This document shows, in pieces, positions 20,374-29,608 of a stretch of DNA of 64,000 nt (its first letter is position 1; each line of letters begins with the position of its first letter). Both the position numbers and the translations under genes were made by a program. This DNA is from an uncultured delta proteobacterium (lineage in GTDB: Bacteria > Desulfobacterota > Binatia > UBA9968), in assembly GCA_963804165.1 (NCBI GenBank), contig CAWDPO010000014.1, positions 1 through 64,000 on the forward strand, read 5' to 3'. The notes under the pieces were generated by a model that searched no databases, had not been told where the DNA came from, and worked only from the letters and a program-made list of their open reading frames with translations.

Positions 20374-20784
20374 GTGAGGATGACCGGCATCATTTTTTCC
20401 GATTTGGGCCAAGCAGCGTCGTTCATGGCGCTGGATTGGGTGCAATCGGCTTTAAGGCAAAGCTTGGGATTCGATGCTTTTCCGGCCACGCTCAACGTTC
20501 GCCCCAAGGCGGCCGGAGATGCACAAGTCTGGCAGCGCGTGCGCGACGAATCGGCCGGCGTGCCGTTGGCTCCGGCGCTCGGCGGGTTTTGCAGCGCCCG
20601 GCTCTATCCGATTGAAATTATTGGCGGTGCGACTGTTGCCCGCGAGAAGATTGCCGGGGCGATCTTGTTGCCCGAAGTGAATAATTATCCGAACGACAAA
20701 ATCGAAATCGTCGCGCCGCTGCGCTTGAAAGAGCATCTTGGCGTCCGCGACGGCGACCAACTCACGTGGGAGTTCCGCAATTGA
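20374..20784 (+). CDS. ribK: Archaeal-type CTP-dependent riboflavin kinase (DUF120)
   Basis: G...SDLGQA (cf. SGLGEG), LGF..FPATLN (cf. PYPGTLN), GAILLP, IEIVAP..L...L...DGD. Confidence 0.8.
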   Translation: MRMTGIIFSDLGQAASFMALDWVQSALRQSLGFDAFPATLNVRPKAAGDAQVWQRVRDESAGVPLAPALGGFCSARLYPIEIIGGATVAREKIAGAILLPEVNNYPNDKIEIVAPLRLKEHLGVRDGDQLTWEFRN

Positions 20785-21434
20785 GCCAGAAAAAAAGACT
20801 GATCGTTGGCATCTCGGGCGCCACCGGCGCGATCTACGGCGTACGCATGTTGGAGATTCTCGCCAAGATCGACGACATCGAAACTCACCTGGTGATGAGC
20901 AAGGCCGGCCGGATGACGATCCAAGTGGAGACGCCTTTTTCGGTGAAGGACGTCGACGCGATGGCCGACGTAGTCCATGACGTCAATAACGTCGGCGCTA
21001 GCATTTCCAGCGGATCGTTTCGCACGGAAGGAATGGTGATCGCGCCCTGTTCGATGAAATCTATGGGCGCCATCGCCCATTCGCTTGGCGGGGATTTGCT
21101 GGTGCGGGCGGCGGATGTGGTATTAAAAGAACGAAAAAAACTCGTCTTGGTCGTGCGCGAGACGCCGCTTCATCTCGGTCATTTAGAAGCGATGGCATCG
21201 CTCACGCGCATGGGCGCGATTATTTTTCCGCCCGTGCCGGCCTTCTATCATCGTCCGAAGACCTTGGATGACATCATCAATCAAACCGTCGCACGAATCC
21301 TCGATCAGTTCGATATCGATGTAAAACTCTTCCATCGCTGGGACGATGAAGGCATGAGCCGCCATCCCGATGCGGCGAAAACCACCACGCTGGCCGCCGT
21401 TAAAGAACGTCAAGCCGCAAAAAAGCAGCGTTGA
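20781..21434 (+). CDS. ubiX: Flavin prenyltransferase UbiX
   Basis: IVGISGATGAIYG, ISSGSF, IAPCSMKS, RAADVVLKER, RETP, PPVPAFYHRP; TTG start overlaps ribK stop. Confidence 0.95.
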   Translation: MSQKKRLIVGISGATGAIYGVRMLEILAKIDDIETHLVMSKAGRMTIQVETPFSVKDVDAMADVVHDVNNVGASISSGSFRTEGMVIAPCSMKSMGAIAHSLGGDLLVRAADVVLKERKKLVLVVRETPLHLGHLEAMASLTRMGAIIFPPVPAFYHRPKTLDDIINQTVARILDQFDIDVKLFHRWDDEGMSRHPDAAKTTTLAAVKERQAAKKQR

Positions 21435-21455
21435 ATTTGCCAGCCCTCGGTCATC

Positions 21456-22514
21456 ATGCCAAACCGCGGCGATAAGAACGCCCTCAGCAAAACTCAACAG
21501 CGCAAAAAAGAACACCTGGAACTCTGTCTCGACACGGAAGGCGTTTCGAGCCCGTCACGCACAGGGTTTGAAGCGTATCGCTTCGTTCACAACGCGCTGC
21601 CGGAGATCGACATCGATGAAATCGATCTCAGCATTACGTTTCTCGGCAAGCGACTTAAAGCACCGATATTGATTTCTTCAATGACCGGCGGATTTGATCT
21701 GGCGCGCAAGGTCAATCGCAATTTGGCCGCAGCCGCGCAGGCCTTGGGATTGGCGATGGGGGTCGGTTCGCAACGGGTCGCCATCGAAGAGCCGTCCGCC
21801 GCGGCTTCGTTTCATGTTCGCGACCTGGCGCCGGATATTTTGCTCTTCGGCAATCTCGGTGCGGTGCAGCTCAACTACGGTTACACTGTGGTGCACTGTC
21901 GCCGCGCCGTGTCGATGATCGGCGCCGATGCGCTGATACTTCATCTCAACGTACTTCAGGAAGCCGTGCAACCGGAGGGCAATCGTAACTTCAAAGGTTT
22001 GACCGACAAAATCTCGGCGGTTTGCCGGGAGCTTGAAGTTCCCGTGGTTGCTAAAGAGGTCGGCAACGGTATCTCAGTTGACGCCGCCGTTCGATTGCAA
22101 CGTGCCGGCGTCCGCGCCATAGACATCGCCGGCAAGGGAGGGACGTCTTGGTCGGCCGTAGAAGCGCAGCGCGCTAGGAAGCAAGGCCAACCGGCGGACA
22201 AGGCCTTCGCTGACTGGGGCATTCCAACCGAGGAAGCGCTCGTTAGCGTGCGCAAAGCACTACCAGAAATTCCACTGATTGCCTCTGGTGGAATTCGCAG
22301 TGGGGTCGACGTCGCCAAATCGATTGCCCTGGGCGCTGATATTGCCGCCCTGGGACAGCCCCTCCTGGCTGCTGCTTTGGAGTCTCGGGACAAGGTGGTA
22401 GAATCCTTGATCGGTGTCATCCATGCGCTCAAAGTCAGCATGCTCTGCGTCGGAGCCACGAACTTGGCCGAATTGCGCCGTGCGCCATTGCTGCGCCAAA
22501 TGGCCGGGTGTTGA
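21456..22514 (+). CDS. fni: Type 2 (FMN-dependent) isopentenyl-diphosphate isomerase
   Basis: RKKEHL, HNALPE, SSMTGG, GVGSQR, NLGAVQL, HLN.LQE..QPEG, KEVGNG, AGKGGTSW, ASGGIRSG. Confidence 0.95.
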   Translation: MPNRGDKNALSKTQQRKKEHLELCLDTEGVSSPSRTGFEAYRFVHNALPEIDIDEIDLSITFLGKRLKAPILISSMTGGFDLARKVNRNLAAAAQALGLAMGVGSQRVAIEEPSAAASFHVRDLAPDILLFGNLGAVQLNYGYTVVHCRRAVSMIGADALILHLNVLQEAVQPEGNRNFKGLTDKISAVCRELEVPVVAKEVGNGISVDAAVRLQRAGVRAIDIAGKGGTSWSAVEAQRARKQGQPADKAFADWGIPTEEALVSVRKALPEIPLIASGGIRSGVDVAKSIALGADIAALGQPLLAAALESRDKVVESLIGVIHALKVSMLCVGATNLAELRRAPLLRQMAGC

Positions 22515-22570
22515 GATGTGCGTTTTAGCGGTTTCTATTTCTCATTTATCCAGCCGAACTCGACCTGACG

Positions 22571-23044
22571 ATGCCTGATGAGTTGAAAAAGCAATTCTTC
22601 GATTACCTGCAGTCCCACAACACGATGACTTTGGCGACTTGTGCGGGCGATCTGCCTTGGGCAGCGACGGTGTTTTACGCCAGTGATGACTTGCGACTCT
22701 ATTTTTTTTCAGCACCTGATTCGCGCCATTGTCAGAATCTAACGGCCAACGCCCGAGTTGCAGTGACGGTTCAAGAGGATTATAAGGATTGGCGCAAAAT
22801 TAAGGGCATTCAGCTGGAAGGTAAAGTCGTACTGGTCGACGGGGTACTGGAGAAGGCGAAAGCTATGGCGATCTATGCGCGCAAGTACCCGGAAGTGATA
22901 AAGCTTTTTACTGATCCGGCAAGCGGAGTGTTTTACAAGGCATTCCTAAAAGTGAGATTTTATTGCGTCGCGCCCGAAAGAGTTTTTTTCATCGATAATG
23001 AGCAAGGCTTCGGCAAAAGACAGGAATTGGCTCTCGAAACGTAG
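22571..23044 (+). CDS. Pyridoxamine-5'-phosphate-oxidase-like split-barrel flavin-binding protein (YhbP-like)
   Basis: MTLAT...PWAATVFY, YFFS..SRH..N...N.RVAVTV, IKGIQLEG, DN..GFG. Confidence 0.8.
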   Translation: MPDELKKQFFDYLQSHNTMTLATCAGDLPWAATVFYASDDLRLYFFSAPDSRHCQNLTANARVAVTVQEDYKDWRKIKGIQLEGKVVLVDGVLEKAKAMAIYARKYPEVIKLFTDPASGVFYKAFLKVRFYCVAPERVFFIDNEQGFGKRQELALET

Positions 23045-23089
23045 ACCCATTGAGGCGCGTAAACGTCAAGGGAACAAACCGTCGCGATT

Positions 23090-23566
23090 ATGTCACAAAT
23101 TTTGGGAAATGAACTGACGCCGGCGCTGCTGGAGCGACTTGGCGGAGCGCAAGTCGAGTCTCACGAAGGAAAAATTATTCCGATCTTCACGATCGACGAT
23201 GCGGGTTGGGCCCACCCGGCGCTGTTGTCTTACTACGAAATTGTCGCCAAGAACCTGTCGACGCTGGATATGGCGCTGTGGAAAAACAGCTCGACGGCGA
23301 ACAATCTCAGAACGGCGGGCAAAATCACGCTCATGGTGAGCGACTTCAAGACCAATTACTACCTCAAAGGCAGTGTTCGGGAATTGCAATATGAGATGAC
23401 GGGCGCGGCGCCAGTGTCGCGCTTTCGCGTCACTTTGGAGCAAGTGATCGAAGACCAGGAAACCAACGCGGAAATCACTACCGGCTTGACTTATCGGCGC
23501 ATGACTCGGCGTGATTCGAACGACTTTGCCGTAAAAGTGTTTGGCTTGTTGCGCGAGGAGTCATGA
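23090..23566 (+). CDS. Split-barrel FMN-binding protein, PhdC/YclD-like (candidate prFMN maturase)
   Basis: TIDDAGWAHPALLS..E.VA...MALW..S.T.NNL...GKITL...YY pattern, recalled as resembling YclD/PhdC; lies three genes after ubiX. Confidence 0.62.
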   Translation: MSQILGNELTPALLERLGGAQVESHEGKIIPIFTIDDAGWAHPALLSYYEIVAKNLSTLDMALWKNSSTANNLRTAGKITLMVSDFKTNYYLKGSVRELQYEMTGAAPVSRFRVTLEQVIEDQETNAEITTGLTYRRMTRRDSNDFAVKVFGLLREES

Positions 23567-24849
23567 AAATCAAGAAATTCGTATTTACCGGGATTGCGCT
23601 GCTCCTGGTCGGCGGCGCCGGGTTTGCCTACTGGAGCCTGGGCAACTCTACGGCGGAATCGCCTTACCTTACGGTCGCGGCGAGCAAGGCGAACGTCCGC
23701 CAGGTCGTCTCCTCGACGGGCACATTGCAAGCGGTGGTTACGGTGCAAGTGGGCAGCCAAGTTTCAGGGACCATCGAAAAACTGTCTGCGGATTTCAATA
23801 CCAAAGTGAAAGCGGGACAGGTCGTCGCGCAACTCAACCAAGACAAGTTCAGGGCGTCGGTGGATCAGGCACGGGCCAATTTGCTGGCCGCGCAAGCGAA
23901 TCATGCGAAGGCGAAAGTAAGCGTCATGGACGCGCAGCGGACCTTGGAACGGAACCGCGAGCTAAGAAAACGAGAATTGACGGCGCAAAGCGAGCTTGAT
24001 GCCGCCCAAACGGCCTATGATGCGGCGGCGGCGCAATTGAACGTCAATCAAGCGCAAACGGCGCAAGCACAAGCCGCTCTAAGCCAGTCTAGTGTTGACC
24101 TCAACAACACCGTGATTCGCTCTCCGGTCGATGGTATCGTCATTTCCCGCACGGTCGATGTGGGTCAGACCGTTGCGGCGTCGTTGACGGCGCCGATCTT
24201 GTTTACGATCGCCAACGATCTTTCGAAAATGGAAGTCCACACGAGCGTCGATGAGGCGGACGTCGGCAATGTGCACGAAGGGCAGCAAGTGTCTTTTACC
24301 GTCGACGCCTTCCCGGCGCGCCGTTTTCGCGGCAAAGTATTCCAGGTGCGCAACGCGCCGACGATCGTGCAGAACGTGGTGACCTACGACGCGGTGGTGC
24401 GAATTGACAACAAGGAACTGCTACTCAAGCCCGGCATGACCGCCAACGTTCAATTTCTCGTCAGCGAAAAGGAAGATGTCCTGACCATTCCGAATATGGC
24501 ATTGCGCTTCAAGCCGCCCGAGGAAAAAAGCGAAGCTCAGGATGTGCTGCGCCAGGAGCTCAATCGCGCCGCGCCGCAGGTCGGCGCGCGGCGGACGAGC
24601 CGCGCGGCCGGCGGCGCCGCGGGTGTACGAAAAGTCCGCCAGGCGAAGATTTACGTCCTCAACGGTTCCCAGGCGAAAGCCATCGAGGTCCAGCTCGGTA
24701 TCACCGACGGTTCCAAGACTGAAGTGGTCAGTGGACCGCTCCGTGACAACGATCCTGTGGTCATCGGCATGTCTAGCAGCACGGCCGCGCAGAGCGGTGT
24801 TGCCAATCCGTTCCAACCCCAACAACCGCGTGGTTTCGGTTTTCGATGA
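23563..24849 (+). CDS. Periplasmic adaptor (MacA/HlyD family)
   Basis: N-terminal TM, VGSQVSG, coiled-coil hairpin, IRSPVDG.V....V.VGQTV, VDEADVG, LKPGMTA. Confidence 0.92.
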   Translation: MKIKKFVFTGIALLLVGGAGFAYWSLGNSTAESPYLTVAASKANVRQVVSSTGTLQAVVTVQVGSQVSGTIEKLSADFNTKVKAGQVVAQLNQDKFRASVDQARANLLAAQANHAKAKVSVMDAQRTLERNRELRKRELTAQSELDAAQTAYDAAAAQLNVNQAQTAQAQAALSQSSVDLNNTVIRSPVDGIVISRTVDVGQTVAASLTAPILFTIANDLSKMEVHTSVDEADVGNVHEGQQVSFTVDAFPARRFRGKVFQVRNAPTIVQNVVTYDAVVRIDNKELLLKPGMTANVQFLVSEKEDVLTIPNMALRFKPPEEKSEAQDVLRQELNRAAPQVGARRTSRAAGGAAGVRKVRQAKIYVLNGSQAKAIEVQLGITDGSKTEVVSGPLRDNDPVVIGMSSSTAAQSGVANPFQPQQPRGFGFR

Positions 24850-25559
24850 GCGAAGTCATCCGCGTCGAGAGTCTGTATAAAACCTATCGCATGGGCGATG
24901 TCGAGGTACCGGCCTTGCGCGGAATCAACCTGACCATTGATCGCGGCGAGTTCGTCGCCGTAATGGGTGCCTCCGGTTCCGGAAAGTCCACTTTCATGAA
25001 TATCTTGGGCTGTCTCGACCGTCCGACCGCGGGCAAATATTATCTCGACGGAGAAGAAGTCGACTCGCTCAGTTCGGATGAGTGGGCGCATATCCGCAAT
25101 AAGCGCATCGGTTTTGTCTTCCAAGGATTCAATCTCCTGTCGCGCACCACGGCGCTGGAGAATGTCGAGCTGCCGATGATGTACAATGGCTTCGTGGGCA
25201 AAGAGCGTCATCGGCGCGCCGTGGAAGCACTTTCGCACGTCGGGCTCGACGACCGGCGCGATCACACCCCCAGTCGTCTTTCCGGCGGCCAGCAGCAGCG
25301 GGTCGCGATCGCGCGGGCGCTGGTCAACAATCCATCGCTGATCCTCGCCGACGAGCCGACGGGCAATCTCGACTCGGCGACCAGCGCTGAGATCATGGAA
25401 CTGTTTCAGCGCCTCAATGCCGACCAAGGAATCAGCATTGTTCTGGTTACCCATGAGCCGGATATCGCTGCCCACGCCAAACGGCAGATCGTCTTTCGCG
25501 ATGGTCTGGTGCTCTCCGACAAACCGAATGAGCCGACGATTCCTCAGGAGGACCATTAA
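24846..25559 (+). CDS. ABC ATP-binding protein (MacB/LolD type)
   Basis: [45 protein letters not shown]. Confidence 0.95.
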   Translation: MSEVIRVESLYKTYRMGDVEVPALRGINLTIDRGEFVAVMGASGSGKSTFMNILGCLDRPTAGKYYLDGEEVDSLSSDEWAHIRNKRIGFVFQGFNLLSRTTALENVELPMMYNGFVGKERHRRAVEALSHVGLDDRRDHTPSRLSGGQQQRVAIARALVNNPSLILADEPTGNLDSATSAEIMELFQRLNADQGISIVLVTHEPDIAAHAKRQIVFRDGLVLSDKPNEPTIPQEDH

Positions 25560-26777
25560 ATGCAGTGGTTGATGACGCTACGGATCGCGCTGCGCGCGCT
25601 GGCTCGCAATAAACTGCGGGCGTTTTTGACCATGCTCGGCATTATCATCGGAGTCGGCGCCGTGATCGCTATGGTCGCCATCGGCGAAGGAGCCAAGGCG
25701 ACGATCCGTTCGCAGATCGCCGGCCTTGGAACCGACGTTCTCATCGTCTTGCCGGGGAGCAATGTCCAAGGTGGAGTGCGGGCGGGAACGGGAAACATGA
25801 ACACGCTGGTTGACGGCGATTCCCGGGCGATGATGCAAGAGCTGCCGTCGGTCTCGTTCGCTTCGCCGGTATTGCGGCGGCCAGAGCAACTCGTCGCCGG
25901 TAATCTCAACTGGGGAACCTTGGCTCAAGGCGTGGCGCCTGAATTCCAACAAATCCGCGAGTGGCAAGTGGCCGAAGGCCGTTTTCTGCACGAAGGCGAT
26001 ATGGACACCGCGGCCAAAGTGGCCGTGATCGGCGAAACCGTCGCGCGGCAATTGTTCGGCGGCGACAATCCCATCGACTCGGTGATCCGCATCAGAAACA
26101 TTCCATTTCGCATCGTCGGTGTATTGGCCGCCAAGGGGCAGAGCGGTCAAGGCACCGATCAAGACGATACGGTGATGATCCCGTACACCACCATGCAGAA
26201 ACGACTCATGCGCATCACCTGGGTCCATAGCATCGTCGTCAAGGCGGTCAGCGCGGACCGCGTGCAGGACGCGCAAGAGCAAATTACCCTGCTGCTGCGC
26301 CAGCGCCATCGTATCGGAGTGGATCGAGATGATGATTTTAACGTGCGTAATCTATCCGATATCGCTGAGGCCGCGTCGACAACCGCGCGGGTGATGGCCG
26401 TTTTACTCGGCAGCGTTGCGTCGATTTCATTGTTGGTCGGCGGCATCGGTATCATGAACATCATGCTGGTCTCGGTCACCGAGCGTACGCGTGAGATCGG
26501 CATCCGTATGGCGGTGGGCGCGCGCAGCCGCGACATCATGCGGCAATTTCTCGTCGAGGCGGTGGTCATGGCTGCCACGGGCGGAATTATCGGCATCTTT
26601 CTCGGTATCGGCAGCTCGGAAGTGCTCAAGCAATGGGCGCAATGGCCGACACTGATCAGCCCGACGATCGTCGCGATCGCTTTTCTTTTCTCCGGCGCGG
26701 TCGGCATTTTCTTTGGCTATTATCCGGCCAAGAAAGCCGCGAGTTTAGATCCCATCGAAGCCTTAAGATACGAATGA
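25560..26777 (+). CDS. ABC permease (MacB/FtsX type)
   Basis: LTMLGIIIGV, VGGIGIMNIMLVSVTERTREIGIR.AVGA, PA.KAA.LDPIEALRYE. Confidence 0.95.
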   Translation: MQWLMTLRIALRALARNKLRAFLTMLGIIIGVGAVIAMVAIGEGAKATIRSQIAGLGTDVLIVLPGSNVQGGVRAGTGNMNTLVDGDSRAMMQELPSVSFASPVLRRPEQLVAGNLNWGTLAQGVAPEFQQIREWQVAEGRFLHEGDMDTAAKVAVIGETVARQLFGGDNPIDSVIRIRNIPFRIVGVLAAKGQSGQGTDQDDTVMIPYTTMQKRLMRITWVHSIVVKAVSADRVQDAQEQITLLLRQRHRIGVDRDDDFNVRNLSDIAEAASTTARVMAVLLGSVASISLLVGGIGIMNIMLVSVTERTREIGIRMAVGARSRDIMRQFLVEAVVMAATGGIIGIFLGIGSSEVLKQWAQWPTLISPTIVAIAFLFSGAVGIFFGYYPAKKAASLDPIEALRYE

Positions 26778-26939
26778 CCATCGGCATCTGAGCTCTTCGC
26801 GGAATCGCTTGCGACATCTACAATTGTCCTGATCCCCCTTGCGCTCTTGAGGGTGCGCCGGGTTGATGGCAACGTGGTCGACCATACGCGGTCCGTTGGT
26901 CGAACCTTGAGCAGTGCCTTTCCTGTTTATCACGGTTGC

Positions 26940-27156
26940 GAGCTCGGCCATCTGCCGAAACCGGTCATCGACAAAGTCGTACGATGCAACGTGATCGATC
27001 TCTATCACCTAAAGGTTGACGGCGTTAACAACTAAATCAAAAACCACCTTGAAAGGGGTTCCTATGAACGCAGCAAGGAAGTTAGAAGCCACGGAGAAAC
27101 CGAAGACGCAAAAGTTTTCGCTACGCACCCCATACATGAAGCAGGGCCGACCCTGA
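26940..27156 (+). pseudogene. Gene remnants: amidohydrolase-like C-terminus (to 27035) and a truncated 30-aa ORF with good RBS (27064-27156)
   Basis: ELGHLPKPVIDKVVRCNVIDLYHL resembles amidohydrolase_2 C-termini; GAAAGGGG RBS precedes MNAARKLEATEKPKTQKFSLRTPYMKQGRP*. Confidence 0.4.
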
Positions 27157-27285
27157 GTTCTCAGACCGATTCCCGAATTACCATCCGGAAACTCTAGTCA
27201 GCGTACGGATCGTATTCCGAGCCAATATTCTTATCGCGACAGATTGTTTCTGCCGGGCCGAGCAAGTACGATCGAACAGTGGAAA

Positions 27286-27513
27286 ATGATGGCTCAACAT
27301 TCAAAGGCAAGCGTGACTGTTGAAGAGCTTACGATGAAGAGTCCGGCTAGGCTGGACCAAAAGAAGACGCTGGATTTTGTGGAAGACATTATGCATCTCA
27401 GCCGCAGCGTCAGCCAACGGAACTTATTTCGCTCAGGGTCGGTTACGGCCGTGGGATTTGGCCGAAAAACGGGCCGCACCGTGATCAAGTCGATCAGGTC
27501 AAGAGAACCATAA
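27286..27513 (+). pseudogene. Degenerate CBS-domain gene fragment
   Basis: VTVEELTMKSP..LD...TLD....IM then VSQRNLFRS, with the internal R-H-x-P-V-V-D CBS core missing. Confidence 0.45.
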
Positions 27514-27566
27514 CCAGAAAAATATTTGCTCGTTGTTGGCGGCGGCACAAGTGTAACGGCCCGACC

Positions 27567-27842
27567 ATGCATACACTCAGACTGACGGTGATCGGACTCA
27601 TTCTGTTGTCAGTATTTGTCTTTGTCGCCGCCCAGATCAACGCGCGAAAAGACAAGCGGACCGTTGACGGAGCCTATCTCTTCGTCTGGGTCTGGCTGGC
27701 CGTCTCCATCGTCAACTTCTGCGTTGGCGTCTTTGTGGCTAACTATTCCTTCGCGACCGAAATTGCCGTGCACGTCGTCGTGTTTGGCCTACCCGCCGGG
27801 GTTGCCTGGTACTTGTCACGCAAGTTTCGCTTCAAAACTTGA
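27567..27842 (+). CDS. Small hypothetical membrane protein (3 TM)
   Basis: 91-aa hydrophobic ORF with three TM-like segments. Confidence 0.65.
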   Translation: MHTLRLTVIGLILLSVFVFVAAQINARKDKRTVDGAYLFVWVWLAVSIVNFCVGVFVANYSFATEIAVHVVVFGLPAGVAWYLSRKFRFKT

Positions 27843-27886
27843 GCCCGCGGTTATAGTTTATTTTCCAGGGCGGTCGAGAAACTCTC

Positions 27887-28512
27887 ATGCCGAAGACTTC
27901 CGATAGACTGCTTTTCGCGGTCGATCTCGCCGGCACATTCGTGTTTGCCGTCGAAGGCGCGACGACCGCCTTGGCGAGCAACCTCGACGTCTTCGGCGTT
28001 ATGGTGTTATCGTTCGCCACCGCATTGGGCGGTGGGATCATGCGCGATCTACTGATCGGTGCCGTCCCGCCTCAATCGATTCGCGACTGGCGCTATGCCG
28101 TCGTAGCGTTTAGCGGCGGCGCCGTCGCAATCCTATTCCATGACTTCGCGCAACGAATTCCTATCCCGGTCGCCGTTGGGCTCGACGCGGCGGGTTTGGC
28201 TTTGTTTGCCGTGTCGGGAGCGGGAAAAGCGCTCGCTTATGAGTTAAATCCGTTCATGGCGATTCTGATGGGACGATCACCGGCGTGGGCGGTGGGACGG
28301 TGCGCGATGTTTTGCTTGCGCGGGTACCGGCCATCCTGCGGGTCGATATTTATGCGGTTGCTGCTCTGGCGGGATCGGCGTTCATGATCGGCGGGCTCAA
28401 GCTGGGCATGCCGCGTTCATTGATGGCTCCTTTGGGAGTCGTTGTTTGTTTTGGCCTTAGAATTGTCAGTGTGTGGCAGCATTGGAATCTGCCGACCACA
28501 GGTGGATCTTGA
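27887..28512 (+). CDS. TRIC/UPF0126 (YadS-like) membrane protein (frameshift near 28270)
   Basis: DLAGTFVFAVEGA, TALGGGIMRDLL, LDAAGLALFAV.G; second repeat GGGTVRDVL in the next frame. Confidence 0.85.
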
Positions 28513-28650
28513 AGGGGACCGAATGGAGAAGCGGAGGTCATTACGGACCGGTCGTGCGGTTTGAAGGAGGATTTGCTTCCACTCCTTCTTTGCTGCCGCT
28601 GACTGTCCGCAATGCTCAGCATGTTTTCATTCTATTCACGAGGTGCTGAA

Positions 28651-29562
28651 ATGGAGCTGATCGGGTTTGTCGGTCTGGGTACCATCGGTGGAGCGATTGC
28701 CATGAATATTCGGAAGGCGGGCTATTCCATGATGGTTCGCGACATCAGACCGGAAGCGGCCGAGCCACTCGTCAATGCGGGAGCACGGTCAGCAGGATCG
28801 GCGGCGGAGGTTGCCCGGCATTGCCGGGTAGTTTTCACGTCCTTACCCGGACCACCAGAGGTGGAAGCCGTAGCCCTTGGACCAAACGGACTTTTACACG
28901 GAGTGCATGACGGCAGTGTCTACGTGGATCTTTCCAGCAGCGACCCGAGTCTCATACGGCGCATTGACTCTGACTTTCGCTCGCGCGGCGCGCGAGTCAT
29001 GGATGCGCCGCTTATCGTTGGAAAAGGAGGCGTCGCCAACAGAAGCGTAAAGGTGCTGGCGTCAGGTGCGCGCGAGGTCTACGAGGAGGTAAAGCCGCTC
29101 TTCGATACCTTCGGCGACACGCTGGTCTATACCGGAGACTTGGGAACCGGAACCATAATCAAGTTGGCGCACAACCTGGTTCGTCGTGGCATCCAATTGG
29201 CGATCGGTGAAGGGATCGTTTTGGGCGCAAAGGCCGGGGTCGATCCTCAGGTTCTATGGGACTGCATGCACTGGGGACTGGATGTCCAACTTTATCAGTC
29301 GGTAAAAACTTTCTCGGAAACGATTTTCAAGGGAAACTACGAGTCCCCTGCGAGTTTCAGCATCGCCCTGTCACGAAAGGACGTCGGACTGGCGACGGAG
29401 CTGGGCCGCCAGCACAACGTGCCGATGCCGATTGCCGCCTTGGTCGAGCAAATCATGGTTCAGGCTGTCGCCCGTGGCTGGTCCGAGCAGAGCACCGCAT
29501 CGCTTTTTCGCCTCCAGGAGGAGGCCGCGGGCATCGAGGTGCGTGAAAAGCGTAAAGGCTAA
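28651..29562 (+). CDS. Beta-hydroxyacid dehydrogenase (3-hydroxyisobutyrate dehydrogenase/tartronate semialdehyde reductase family)
   Basis: IGFVGLGTIG, TSLPGP, DAP, G.G...KLAHN, F.I.L.RKDVGLA. Confidence 0.88.
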   Translation: MELIGFVGLGTIGGAIAMNIRKAGYSMMVRDIRPEAAEPLVNAGARSAGSAAEVARHCRVVFTSLPGPPEVEAVALGPNGLLHGVHDGSVYVDLSSSDPSLIRRIDSDFRSRGARVMDAPLIVGKGGVANRSVKVLASGAREVYEEVKPLFDTFGDTLVYTGDLGTGTIIKLAHNLVRRGIQLAIGEGIVLGAKAGVDPQVLWDCMHWGLDVQLYQSVKTFSETIFKGNYESPASFSIALSRKDVGLATELGRQHNVPMPIAALVEQIMVQAVARGWSEQSTASLFRLQEEAAGIEVREKRKG

Positions 29563-29608
29563 ATGCGCAGCGAAGTCTTTTGATCGCCACCGTGAGATCG
29601 GAGGAATC

